From contig OZ024754.1 of the NCBI GenBank assembly GCA_964016885.1, forward strand, positions 22,568,001 to 22,632,000: DNA of 64,000 nt, read 5' to 3'. The notes beneath the pieces were generated by a model. It had not been told where the DNA came from. It worked only from the letters and a program-made list of their open reading frames with translations, and searched no databases. Of this stretch, positions 1 through 15,931 are shown one piece after another; the stretch's first letter is position 1, and the number at the start of each line of letters is the position of its first letter. The DNA is from Eledone cirrhosa (taxonomy: Eukaryota). Position numbers and translations under genes: made by a program.

Positions 1-135
1 TATATACATATAAATATATATACATATATATATACATATATATATACATATATATATATACATATACATATATATATATACATATATATACATATATATA
101 TATACATATATATATACATATATATATATACATAC

Positions 136-166
<31 letters not shown>

Positions 167-207
167 CATACATATATATATATATACATACATATATATA
201 TATATAC

Positions 208-240
<33 letters not shown>

Positions 241-354
241 CATATATATATTTTTTCTAGTCGATCGACTTCGTCAAATCGGACCGAGGAAACTATGTTT
301 CCGTTGGTCTTTCCAATTGCTAATACTATCTATCGGTCGCAACTCCAGGTAGAA

Positions 355-476
355 GGAGCAACGTGAAATAAAGTGTCTTGCTCAAGGACATAACGCATCT
401 CCTGGTTCAGGAATCGAACTCACAACCTCACGATTGTGAATCCAATACTCTAACCACTCAGCCACACGCCTTCACA
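355..476 (-). mobile_element. tRNA-derived SINE, 5' part
   Basis: The minus strand reads TGGCTGAGTGGTTAG (A box) ... GAGTTCGATTCC (B box) ... CCTTGAGCAAGACACTTTATTTCAC, the same core as the SINEs at 11895 and 50238. Confidence 0.8.
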
Positions 477-720
477 CACATATATATATATATATACATA
501 TATACATACATATATATATATACATATATATATATACATACATATATATATATATACATAAATATATATATATATACATATATATACATAAATATATATA
601 TACATATATATATATATACATATATATACATACATATATACATACATATATATATACATATATATATACATATATATATACATATATATATATACATATA
701 TAGTAATAATAATAAATTTG

Positions 721-751
<31 letters not shown>

Positions 752-1248
752 CATACATATACATATATATATATACATATACATATACATATATATACAT
801 ATACATATATATACATATACATACATATACATACATATATATATACATACATATATATATACATACATATATATATATACATATATATATATACATATAT
901 ATATATATACATATATATATACATATATATATATATATACATATATATATACATATATATATATACATATATATATATATACATATATACATATATATAT
1001 ATATACATATATATACATATATATATATACATATATATACATATATATATATACATATTTCGTTTCTGAATTTGTTTAGCAATATTCTTTATCTGAAAAC
1101 GTGTGTTGAAACCGTTATTATTATACTTTGGGAGGGTCATGTTGCCAATAAGAAACACACCCACCAGTTGCTTTCACTTCAATTTATTATAATAAATTTA
1201 TAAATTTCCGGTTGGTTGGTTCCATAATCAGATGGTTGTTTATATATT

Positions 1249-1291
1249 GTCAAAGTTCTTTCGTCACACATTCTGTGACCTCTTCAGTGAC
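1249..1291 (-). ncRNA. Minimal type I hammerhead ribozyme motif in the PLE 3' repeat
   Basis: GTCA-CTGAAGA-G-GTCACA(GAATG)TGTGAC-GAAA-GAAC-TT-TGAC. Stem I is 4 bp and stem III is minimal. Confidence 0.65.
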
Positions 1292-1492
1292 TGGGGATTC
1301 TTTTCTTTGTTTCTGTGCCTCTCCTTTGTTCTGTCCTACGCCATTTTGTTTCTGTGTGTGTGTTGTGTGCTCAGTCTGCGCATGCGCCACATCCGGGTGT
1401 CTGTGTGTGTTTATATTCGTTTATTTATTTGTTTATTTACATGTAACAGGTTGGTTGTTTGTTCTATGTGCGTGTGTATTTTCATTTTGTCC

Positions 1493-3148
1493 TTAATTGT
1501 AAGTTGTGATGTTGCTGTTCCACTCATATTTTCTATTTAATTTTGGTTGTAATTCTTTTATGTTTATTGCCTCTGTGATTTGTCTAAACATTGCGTCTTT
1601 TCTGTGTGTAGATTCTATTTTTATTTCTATGTTCTCTAATTTACCCTTATGTTCTATTTTAGCATGTTGGTAGAGTACAGATGATTCTTTACTATCTTGA
1701 AGGTCTCGCCAGTGTTCATTTATCCGTTCCCCTACACTACGAGCTGTCTCACCTATGTACACTATATTTTTGTCTCTACATTGTCCTTCAGTACATCTTA
1801 TGCTATATACTACATTTCTAGATTTGCAGTTAATATGGGGGCTTAATTTACAGGTTATACATTTCTTATCTATACAGGGGGGTCTTTGAAAAGGGTATGT
1901 CTTGCTAATAAGTGTTTTTACGGAGGTACCTGGTCTTTCTACTATCTTAATATTGAGTTTATTTTTGTCTAGGGCCCTTCTAAATTTGTAAGCTAATTCA
2001 CCTCTAGGGGTTGTATCGATGAACATTACACTCTGGTATTTATTGCTATCACACCATGAGTTTATTCTATTAGCTTTATTCCTAGTTCTTTCTATTCTAT
2101 TCCAAAATTTGCTTCTATACAAGGGGCAGGTCCCATTTGTGTCATTATTTACCATTTTTTCCCATTTGGTTCTGGCTCCTCTATACACTCTGATTTTATC
2201 TCTCTGATTGTAACCAGAGAACTGCATACGGTGGATGAAGTGTTGTATGTGTCTCTCTAGTTCTTCGGGGTTGCACATGCGGGACACGTTTCTCATCACC
2301 CGTACCAAATCCGCAATCAGTATGTTGATTTTGGTATGGTCCGAAACAGCTGATTTTCGGTGGATCAGATATTTGGAAGTCATGGGTTTGGCATAATGGG
2401 AATGGAGGATTTGTTTTTTGTTATTAATGGTATCTAACCAGAGCCCTGTGTCTAGTACAGGTAATCGATGGTTGGGGTGTTTACTTGGGTAGTCTATAGT
2501 AACTCTAATACTCTGGTGGATGGAGTTAGCTATTTGCTGGATGCTTTCCATTGTGTTTTTCTCTAATTCCTGACTGTTCTCTAGTGGGGGTGTTTTAACT
2601 ACGATGTTTATATCATCAACGTAGCGGGAGTACATTATCAGGGTTAAGGGGTCTTCTAATTGTTCTTTAAGTTTAAGTTTAAGTCTACTGTCCCACCATA
2701 CCATGAATAAGTTAGCTATGTCGCCTGCAATGCTAACACCAATGGCTGCTCCTTCCTCTTGGGCATATGTTTTTCCATTAAATTTGAACATATGTTCCTT
2801 AAGGGTTAATTTTATGCTGGCCCCCACCGCATGTGCAATCATTTTCTTCAGTTCAATATGGTTTTCAGGTGTCCGTATGGCTCTGGTCCACCCGTTCCAT
2901 CTATCTGTGTGGGTTTTCTTGGCCATTGAAGTAATGGTAGGTGGTCTGCCTCTTGCTGGTCTTGTAGGGCACAGGTTGCTAAGGTCATATGTGTCTAGGT
3001 AATTATTACTATAGGTAAGTTTAAGTAGGAGTCCCAGCTCACCGGTGTCAATCCCACGGAACTCAACATTGCTCTCACTGATCATTTCTACGCATTTCTC
3101 CACAGCAAAATCCACATCAATAGATGGATACAGGGACACAACATCCAT
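1493..3148 (-). CDS. PLE reverse transcriptase core, thumb, Cys linker and GIY-YIG endonuclease (C-terminal part of a frameshifted ORF)
   Basis: Motifs DVVSLYPSI, QEEGAAIG, YSRYVDD, LPVLD, C-x4-C-x2-C, NVVYSIRC...VYIGETARS..ERINEH. Confidence 0.9.
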   Translation of the reverse strand: MDVVSLYPSIDVDFAVEKCVEMISESNVEFRGIDTGELGLLLKLTYSNNYLDTYDLSNLCPTRPARGRPPTITSMAKKTHTDRWNGWTRAIRTPENHIELKKMIAHAVGASIKLTLKEHMFKFNGKTYAQEEGAAIGVSIAGDIANLFMVWWDSRLKLKLKEQLEDPLTLIMYSRYVDDINIVVKTPPLENSQELEKNTMESIQQIANSIHQSIRVTIDYPSKHPNHRLPVLDTGLWLDTINNKKQILHSHYAKPMTSKYLIHRKSAVSDHTKINILIADLVRVMRNVSRMCNPEELERHIQHFIHRMQFSGYNQRDKIRVYRGARTKWEKMVNNDTNGTCPLYRSKFWNRIERTRNKANRINSWCDSNKYQSVMFIDTTPRGELAYKFRRALDKNKLNIKIVERPGTSVKTLISKTYPFQRPPCIDKKCITCKLSPHINCKSRNVVYSIRCTEGQCRDKNIVYIGETARSVGERINEHWRDLQDSKESSVLYQHAKIEHKGKLENIEIKIESTHRKDAMFRQITEAINIKELQPKLNRKYEWNSNITTYN

Positions 3149-5022
3149 ACTACCTATTATGCAGTTTGTTAGGTCCCTAGATCGGTACTCTAGCCGATTC
3201 TGCTGAGGAGGTCCTCCGTGCTGTCACATACATCTGGGGACATTTTAATGATGGGGCGTATGATCAGGGAGAGGAAGTAGAACAGTCTGTAGTTACTAGC
3301 AATGTTAGCTCCACAGACTGGCCGTGCTGGTGGTCCCGTGACAGGGTCACTGCCCGTTTTATGGTCTTTTCGAAGCCCATACAACGCCGGCACGTCATTG
3401 TTCCAGGCCTGGAAGTTGTTGGCAGTCCTTTTGTTGGGCTGCATTATATTCGTCCACATCACCATATGGGCATTGAGGGCTTTTTCTCTAACCTCATGCT
3501 CCTGTGGTGTTACTTCTCTTGTGTTGGTGATGTGGGTTGCATTGCCTGGATGTAGTTTGGCAGGCTGTCAACCGACATTCTGCCAGACTTGTCTGTTGGA
3601 AAGCATGCTATCTCTCCATTACGCGAGCGCTGCATGAGCTTACGCAAGCCATTTGCAGATTTTTCTCCCAGTTGCTGGGCCTCCATTCTATTATGCTTCT
3701 TGCTATACTGTTCTACAATATTTCTAAGTTCGGATCTAGCTATACTAAATTGTGCTTCTGTTTGTTCATCGACCTGCGACGGCAATTGCGTGCGTTTGTT
3801 AAATGGTAAAGTCGTGGCGTGGACTCGTCGCAGGTCGAACGACTTATCGGAGGGATTATAAAAAGTAGAGTTCCAGGCTGCTGCTTTATGTGTACTAGTG
3901 CTATTGTTAGTTGTGTTGTTTCTATTTCTATTTCCACCAACAGCCTCATGGTTGTTTCTATGTCTCTCATTATTACTCCTGTCTCTTTCCACTGGCTCAT
4001 TGTTATTATCTACTCTATTTTGTGTGTCTGTGTGTTCGTCTTGGTTATTTTCTTTGTCCATAGTCTCCCTTCTCCTTTTAATCATATTACCTTCCCTTAT
4101 TTCTGTGCTACTGTCATTACTTGTTTTCTGTGTCTGTGTTTGTTAAGATTGTGGTGGTGGTGAGAGGCATTGAATGTGTGTGTGTTGTTGTTGTTGATGT
4201 GTGCCGTTGTTGATGAGTGTTGTTGTTGTTGTCTCCGTGTGTGTTATTATTATTGTGTGTTGTTATTGTTGTTTGTGTCTGCGTGTCTGTTGTTGTTTCT
4301 GAGTATGTTATTATTGTTGATGTGTGTGTTGTTATTGTTGTTTGTGTCTGTGTGTCTATTGTTGATGGGATATGTGTTGTATATGTGTGTGCGTATGTTG
4401 TTACTTTTGTTTTTGTTTTTGAGGCTCCAACGTAATTTTGTAAATGATTTTTCTATTTCTGACAAACAACTAATCATATTTACCTTCTTGAATGTCGCAT
4501 ATTTCGGTGGTAGAAGTAATACAGATAATTCATCAGGATCTACTGCAGTGTTGCCGTATATAATTGTGTTGTTGAACTCATCTGTTAATGAGATGTCGGC
4601 CATATTTATACCGTCAATTTTGTCGGGATATCTATTGGTATTCTCTACAGTATTCTGATTTAGTTTTATCTGCTTAAGCCACTTTAGTTTCTTGTTAAGT
4701 GCTTATCACATTCTTGAGCAATGTACTGAATTAGCTTACAAATAGTTTCTTGTTAAAGTGCTTATCACATTCTTGAGCAATGTACTGAATTAGCTTACAA
4801 ATTTAGAAGGGCCCTAGACAAACATAAACTCAATATTAAGATAGTAGAAAGACCAGGTACCTCCGTAAAAACACTTATTAGCAAGACATACCCTTTCAAA
4901 GACCCCCCTGTATAGATAAGAAATGTATAACCTGTAAATTAAGCCCCCATATTAACTGCAAAACTAGAAATGTAGTATATAGCATAAGATGTACTGAAGG
5001 ACAATGTAGAGACAAAAATATA

Positions 5023-5292
5023 GTGTACATAGGTGAGACAGCTCGTAGTGTAGGGGAACGGATAAATGAACACTGGCGAGACCTTCAAGATAGTAAAGAA
5101 TCATCTGTACTCTACCAACATGCTAAAATAGAACATAAGGGTAAATTAGAGAACATAGAAATAAAAATAGAATCTACACGCAGAAAAGACGCAATGTTTA
5201 GACAAATCACAGAGGCAATAAACATAAAAGAATTACAACCAAAATTAAATAGAAAATATGAGTGGAACAGCAACATCACAACTTACAATTAA
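5023..5292 (+). pseudogene. Inverted duplicate of the PLE GIY-YIG C-terminus
   Basis: The translation is nearly identical to the last 89 aa of ORF 1493-3148. Confidence 0.9.
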
Positions 5293-5493
5293 AGACAAAA
5301 TGAAAACACACACGCACATAGAACAAACAACCAACCTGTTACATGTAAATAAACAAATAAATAAACGAATATAAACACACACAGACACCCGGATGTGGCG
5401 CATGCGCAGACTGAGCACACAACACACACACAGAAACAAAATCGCATAGGACAGAACAAAGGAGAGGCACAAAAACAAAGAAAAGAATCCCCA

Positions 5494-5536
5494 GTCACTG
5501 AAGAGGTCACAGAATGTGTGACGAAAGAACTTTGAC
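5494..5536 (+). ncRNA. Minimal type I hammerhead motif (copy in the inverted PLE repeat)
   Basis: gtca CTGAAGA g gtcaca gaatg tgtgac GAAA gaac tt tgac. Confidence 0.65.
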
Positions 5537-5746
5537 AATATATAAACAACCATCTGATTATGGAACCAACTAACCAACCGGAAATTTATTATAATAATTT
5601 GAAGTGAAAGCAACTGGTGCGTGTGTTTCTTATTGGCAACATGACCCTCCCAAAGTATAACAATATATATACATATATATCTATATACATATATACATAT
5701 ATATATATATATACATATACATATACATATATATATATATACATAG

Positions 5747-5849
<103 letters not shown>

Positions 5850-5875
5850 TTATATAATACATATATATATATATT

Positions 5876-6610
5876 TTTTGAGTATATGATGGTTGTATAC
5901 CAACACGTCAGTATGCAGTCTGGAGCACTCGGCGAAGTGCGCAGGTTGGTTTGGTTACTCCGGAGTAATGTAAAATAAAGTTAAATAAAAAGTCAAATGT
6001 TTAAAATTTAGCTTCGTTTATAACTGCTATATATATTTCAGTGACAGCCATCTTTGGCTGTGACCTCTTCAGGCAGTCCGAATTAGTGTGGTATAGACAA
6101 GTACATATGTTGTTGAGGTGTATGATTTTGTCAATACTCTGATATGCCCAGTTCCTGGTTAGGTTGTTATTTCACTGAGGAACTGGAATTATATGAATTC
6201 AAACAAACGAATTTCAGTGTCAAAGAGCCTCTTCTCCTCTCATTGGTCAGTTGTTAGAACATTCCTCATTCTAAGTGTTGTTATTGTTGGAGTTAGCTTA
6301 AAAAATTGATAAAGTGGTAGAAGGAACAAGGTGGTAAAGGATCAAAATAACAAAAAAAAGTGTCAAACATCCCATTGGTCAGTTTTGAGAGCATTCCTCA
6401 GTCAGAAGTCTATAGAATTCTTTCTGGGGTGAGGCTCCCTGTAGTATTTGTGTTTGCTATTGTTAACTACATTTGACCTCTACCATTATTTCGGTAGTGT
6501 TGTTGGTGTTGTGGTCAGCTTATGTCTTGCTGCTGCTGACAATTTAGAAGTATTTGTGTGTTTTTTCTTCATCCCTCCTGCCACCACCTCTCATTTATTT
6601 AACTTTATTT
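5876..6610 (-). mobile_element. Non-coding hammerhead-containing insert in (TA)n (PLE terminal-repeat remnant or retrozyme-like)
   Basis: Unique ~735 bp bounded by TA tracts. It contains a hammerhead at 6023-6077 and two imperfect CATTGGTCAGTT repeats (6241, 6373). Confidence 0.6.
6023..6077 (-). ncRNA. Type I hammerhead ribozyme
   Basis: ACTGC-CTGAAGA-GGTCACAGCCA(AAGA)TGGCTGTCACT-GAAA-TATATA-TA-GCAGT. Stem I is ACTGC/GCAGT, stem II is ~10 bp, and stem III is palindromic. Confidence 0.85.
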
Positions 6611-6625
6611 CATATATATATATAC

Positions 6626-6728
<103 letters not shown>

Positions 6729-7057
6729 CATACATATATATATACATACATATATATATACATATATATATATACATACATATATATATATACATATATA
6801 TATACATATATATATAAATACATATATATATACATATATATATATATACATATATATATAAATACATATATATATATACACATATATATATATACATATA
6901 TATATATATACATATATATATACATACATATATATACATATATATATATATACATACATATATATATACATACATATATATATACATACATATATATATA
7001 CATATATATATATATATACATATATATATACATATATATATATACATATATATATAC

Positions 7058-7088
<31 letters not shown>

Positions 7089-7105
7089 CATACATATATA
7101 TAAAC

Positions 7106-7138
<33 letters not shown>

Positions 7139-7167
7139 CATATATATATACATACATATATATAAAC

Positions 7168-7214
<47 letters not shown>

Positions 7215-7309
7215 CACATATATATATATACATATATATATACACATATATATATATATACATATATATATACACATATACATATATATATATATACATA
7301 TATATATAC

Positions 7310-7358
<49 letters not shown>

Positions 7359-7363
7359 CATAC

Positions 7364-7460
<97 letters not shown>

Positions 7461-7464
7461 CATA

Positions 7465-7675
7465 TGTAGGAGGTGAGTTTTATTGTAGTACAATAAAGCA
7501 ATGCAGATATGTTGATTTAAAACTGCACTATCAACAAGTGTTTTTTAGCCTTCATATCATGTTCTCCTGTTTTATCTGATGAAAACACAAATATTATTGC
7601 TTGATGATGTTTGTTTTTGAAATGCGCATAATAAAATATATGGAACTCCTTTAACCATCTTTTGATCTTATATTA
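7465..7675 (+). mobile_element. ~210-bp hammerhead mini-element, copy 1
   Basis: Starts GTAGGAGGTGAG and ends CCATCTTTTG.TCT.ATATTA. It is flanked by (TA)n on both sides, with a second copy at 30049-30252. Confidence 0.8.
7570..7636 (+). ncRNA. Type I hammerhead ribozyme
   Basis: TTTTAT-CTGATGA-AAACACAAATATTAT...ATGATGTTTGTTTTT-GAAA-TGCGCA-TA-ATAAAA. The core is canonical, with a 6-bp stem I and a palindromic stem III. Confidence 0.9.
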
Positions 7676-7728
7676 TATATACATATATATCTATATACAT
7701 ATATATATACATATATATATGTATATAC

Positions 7729-7777
<49 letters not shown>

Positions 7778-7826
7778 CATATATATATATATACATATAT
7801 ATATATACATATATATATATATACAT

Positions 7827-8440
7827 ATGGTGGTGGCTGCCAACTCGTTTTCGAGTACGGCCACTACATTATATCCATGTAGGAGAACCCCTACCGATGC
7901 GCTGAACGAGTGTGACTTTCTAGTCCAGCCAGCGACTCGAAAACCCTGGTACAAACACTACACCTGTGACAATTATTGACACACAGTGCTGGGCCCATGG
8001 TACCATGTGACGACAAGTGCAGAGAGATCTCCAGATATAAAGCAATGCCTGTGCCATGAAGCTTTTATAGTGAGCAAAGGCACTGCACAAAGCCAGTCCC
8101 ACTCTCTTAACCAAGATGATATTTACCAAAAAGAAGAACAAGTCAACGTCATTGGATACCATCAGAGTTGCAGGTGTTATATCAGAGTTTTCCTTCTTCT
8201 AGAATTCTGCCTTGACAAAGGCTAAGGGGTCATCGCTCCCGGTAATTTTGGATGGCCATTGACTCTTAAGAGCTCCTTTGCTCTTTGACAGGTGTTGTTT
8301 TTAGTCCTGCAGGATATCCAAAGTCACCCTCCTCACCAAGAAACCTTGGTGGGGTTGCCAGTTTAGTCGCCAACGACCCGACCATGGGACAGGTTGTACT
8401 GGGATACATGTTACCAGTAGCACCAACTGGTGACCTGACA
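7827..8440 (-). mobile_element. Non-autonomous RTE-derived element (family C), copy 1
   Basis: Same termini as 14261-14870 and 32393-33031. The 3' part carries a C2H2 remnant and a terminal CTCG-AAAA-CGAG stem-loop. Confidence 0.85.
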
Positions 8441-8653
8441 TACTGACATACCAACATACTGACATACATATACATATATATATATATATACATATATATA
8501 TACATATATATATACATATATATATATATACATATATATATACATACATATATATATACATATATATATATACATTTATATACATACATATATATATACA
8601 TATATATATATACATTTATATACATATATATATATATATATACATATATATAC

Positions 8654-8686
<33 letters not shown>

Positions 8687-8886
8687 CATATATATATATA
8701 CATATATATATACATACATATATATATACATATATATATATACATATATATATACATATATATATATATACATATATATATACATATATATATATACATA
8801 TACATATATATATATACATATATATATACATATATATATACATATATATATATACATACATATATATATATATACATATAGATATA

Positions 8887-11328
<2,442 letters not shown>

Positions 11329-11335
11329 CATATAT

Positions 11336-11366
<31 letters not shown>

Positions 11367-11408
11367 CATATATATACATACATATATACATACATACATA
11401 TATACATC

Positions 11409-11458
<50 letters not shown>

Positions 11459-11509
11459 TATACATATATATACATACATATATATATATATACATACATA
11501 TATATATAC

Positions 11510-11542
<33 letters not shown>

Positions 11543-11654
11543 CATACATATATATATACATATATATATATATACATACGTATATATATATATACATATA
11601 TATATATACATATATATATACACATATATATATACATACATATATATATTTATC

Positions 11655-11805
11655 TATCTAAGGCGGGTAAAATTCCCGAGATCCATGGACGAGTTCTCTC
11701 CAGCGGTCTCTGTCCCTCATTATCGCTGCCATGTCCTGCATCTCCAACAGACCAGTGTCTGTCCTTAGGGCATCAACATACGTTAACCTTGGTCTTCCTC
11801 TTCTA
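11655..11805 (-). mobile_element. RTE family B, 3'-terminal ~150 bp
   Basis: [13 protein letters not shown]...REFYPP* matches 23555-23701. Flanked by (TA)n. Confidence 0.9.
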
Positions 11806-11858
11806 TATAGATATATACATACATATATATATACATATATATATACATATATATATAC

Positions 11859-11889
<31 letters not shown>

Positions 11890-11894
11890 TACAT

Positions 11895-12220
11895 GGCACA
11901 TGGCTTAGTGGTTAGAGCATTGGCCTTGCAATCGAAAGGTTGTGAGTTCAATTCTCAGACCGGGTGGGCAAGACACTTTATTTCACATTGCTCCAGTTTA
12001 CTCAGCTGTAGAAATGAGATGATAGGGACTGAGGTCCTTATCATTCCACTGCAAAGTGGTCGTGTAGGTGCCACGGCAAAAAAGCACCCAGCACTCACTG
12101 TAAATGAGGTTGGTGTTAGGAAGGGCATCCAGCTGTAGAAATCAAGCCAGAATCAGTTCCCGTCCCACCCTTGCAAGCAGGGAAAAGTGGACGTAAAATG
12201 AAATGATGATGATGATGATG

Positions 12221-12221
<1 letters not shown>
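11895..12221 (+). mobile_element. tRNA-derived SINE with RTE-derived 3' end and (GAT)n tail
   Basis: A box TGGCTTAGTGG and B box GAGTTCAATTC. The 3' half matches RTE 3' sequences at 42153-42250 and 42384-42420. Near-identical to 50238-50572. Confidence 0.9.
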
Positions 12222-12295
<74 letters not shown>

Positions 12296-12303
12296 CATAC
12301 ATA

Positions 12304-12342
<39 letters not shown>

Positions 12343-12582
12343 TCATATATATATATACATATATACATACATATATATATATATATATATTCATATATAT
12401 ATATACATATATATATATACATACATATATACATACATATATATACATATATATATATATACATACATATATACATACATATATATACATATATATATAT
12501 ATATACATACATATATATATATACATATATATATACATACATATATATATATATACATATATATATATACATACATATATAC

Positions 12583-12618
<36 letters not shown>

Positions 12619-12641
12619 ATATACATATATATACATACATA

Positions 12642-12682
<41 letters not shown>

Positions 12683-12721
12683 ACATACATATATATATAT
12701 ACAGATATATATATATATTAC

Positions 12722-12752
<31 letters not shown>

Positions 12753-12755
12753 CAC

Positions 12756-12812
<57 letters not shown>

Positions 12813-12837
12813 CATATATATATACATATATATATAC

Positions 12838-12914
<77 letters not shown>

Positions 12915-12915
12915 C

Positions 12916-12964
<49 letters not shown>

Positions 12965-13141
12965 CATACATATATATATATACATATATATATATACATA
13001 TATATATATACATATACATATATATATATATACATATACATATATATATACATATACATATACATATATATATACATATACATATACATATATATATACA
13101 TATATATATACATATACATATACATATACATATATATATAC

Positions 13142-13173
<32 letters not shown>

Positions 13174-13207
13174 ATACATATATATATATATATACATATA
13201 TATATAC

Positions 13208-13240
<33 letters not shown>

Positions 13241-13258
13241 CATATATATATATATTAC

Positions 13259-13305
<47 letters not shown>

Positions 13306-13396
13306 CATATACATATACATATATATATACATATACATATACATATATATATACATATATATATACATATACATATACATATACATATATATATAC

Positions 13397-13428
<32 letters not shown>

Positions 13429-13462
13429 ATACATATATATATATATATACATATATATATAC

Positions 13463-13495
<33 letters not shown>

Positions 13496-13513
13496 CATAT
13501 ATATATATATTAC

Positions 13514-13577
<64 letters not shown>

Positions 13578-13580
13578 TAC

Positions 13581-13727
<147 letters not shown>

Positions 13728-13878
13728 CCTATATATATACACATATATATATATACATATATATATATACATATATATATATACATATATATATACATAT
13801 ATATATACACATATATATATACATATATATATATACATATATATATATACATATATATATACATATATATATATATAC

Positions 13879-13925
<47 letters not shown>

Positions 13926-13945
13926 CATATATATATACATATACA

Positions 13946-13979
<34 letters not shown>

Positions 13980-14064
13980 CATATATATATACATATACAT
14001 ATATATATATATATACATATATACATATATATATATACATATATATACATACATATATATATAC

Positions 14065-14129
<65 letters not shown>

Positions 14130-14178
14130 CATATATATATACATATACATATATATATACATATATATATACATATAC

Positions 14179-14224
<46 letters not shown>

Positions 14225-14230
14225 ATATAC

Positions 14231-14260
<30 letters not shown>

Positions 14261-14261
<1 letters not shown>

Positions 14262-14870
14262 TGGTGGCTGCCAACTCGTTTTCGAGTACTGCCACTACTT
14301 TATATCCATGTAGGAGAACCCCTACCGATGCGCTGAACGAGTGTGACTTTTTAGTCCAGCCAGCGACTTGAAAACTCTGGTACAAACACTACACTTGTGA
14401 CACTTATTGACACATAGTGCTTTACCTTTGGTACCATGTGACGACAAGTGCAGAGAGATCTCCAGATACAAAGCAATGCCTGTGCCGTGAAGCTTTTATA
14501 GTGAGCAAAGGCACTGCACAAAGCCAGTCCCACTCTCTTAACCAAGATGATATTTACCAAAAAGAAGAACAAGTCAATATCATTGGATACCATCAGGGTT
14601 GCAGGTGTTATATCAGAGTTTTCCTTCTCCTAGAATTCTGCCTTGACAAAGGCTAAGGGGTCATCTCTCCCAGTGATTTTGGATGGCCATTGACTCTTAA
14701 GAGCTCCTTTGCCCTTTGACAGGTTTTGTTTTTAGTCCTGCAGGATGTCCAAAGTCACCCTCCTCACCAAGAAACCTTGGTGGGGTTGCCAGTTTAGTCG
14801 CCAACGACCCGACCATGAGACAGGTTGTACTGGGATACATGTTACCAGTAGCACCAAGTGGTGACCTGAC
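14261..14870 (-). mobile_element. Non-autonomous RTE-derived element (family C), copy 2
   Basis: Colinear with 7827-8440, with identical ends, in (TA)n. Confidence 0.87.
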
Positions 14871-14912
14871 ATATACATATATATATACATATATATATGT
14901 ATATACATATAC

Positions 14913-15135
<223 letters not shown>

Positions 15136-15138
15136 AAA

Positions 15139-15291
<153 letters not shown>

Positions 15292-15300
15292 CATATATAC

Positions 15301-15407
<107 letters not shown>

Positions 15408-15460
15408 CATATATATACACATATATATATATATACATATATATATACATATATATATAC

Positions 15461-15509
<49 letters not shown>

Positions 15510-15766
15510 CATATATATATATATACATATATGTATATATACATATACATATATATATACATATATATATACATATACATATATATATACATATATATAT
15601 ACATATATGTATATATACATATACATATATATTTACATATATATATACATATATGTATATATACATATACATATATATATACATATATATACATATACAT
15701 ATATATATACATATATATACATATACATATATACATATATATATACATATACATATATACATATAC

Positions 15767-15797
<31 letters not shown>

Positions 15798-15826
15798 CAT
15801 ATATATATATACATACATATATATTT

Positions 15827-15931
<105 letters not shown>

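Larger units (their letters stand above)
1058..5662 (-). mobile_element. Penelope-like retroelement (RT + C-terminal GIY-YIG) with an inverted copy of its 3' end
   Basis: ORF pieces 4250-4603, 3510-4085 (TDKSG motif), 3190-3465 (LRKDHK..P.RPV) and 1493-3148 are colinear parts of one PLE protein. 4786-5662 is the reverse complement of ~1117-2000. Both outer ends abut (TA)n. Confidence 0.92.

Noticed and set aside
7920-8225. Recurrent 79-80 aa ORFs in family C copies
   Set aside because: They recur because the DNA copies are recent. There are no recognisable domains, and copy 3 alters them.
8300-8440. HDV-like ribozyme at the family C 5' end (GGTCACC/GGTGACT could form P1 with a G-U pair)
   Set aside because: I could not place P3/L3, P1.1 or the catalytic C motif. 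Only generic hairpins are supported.
11895-11965. tRNA-like sequences (also 405-476, 45965-46036, 50238-50310)
   Set aside because: They have A/B boxes but no complete cloverleaf and continue into SINE cores.
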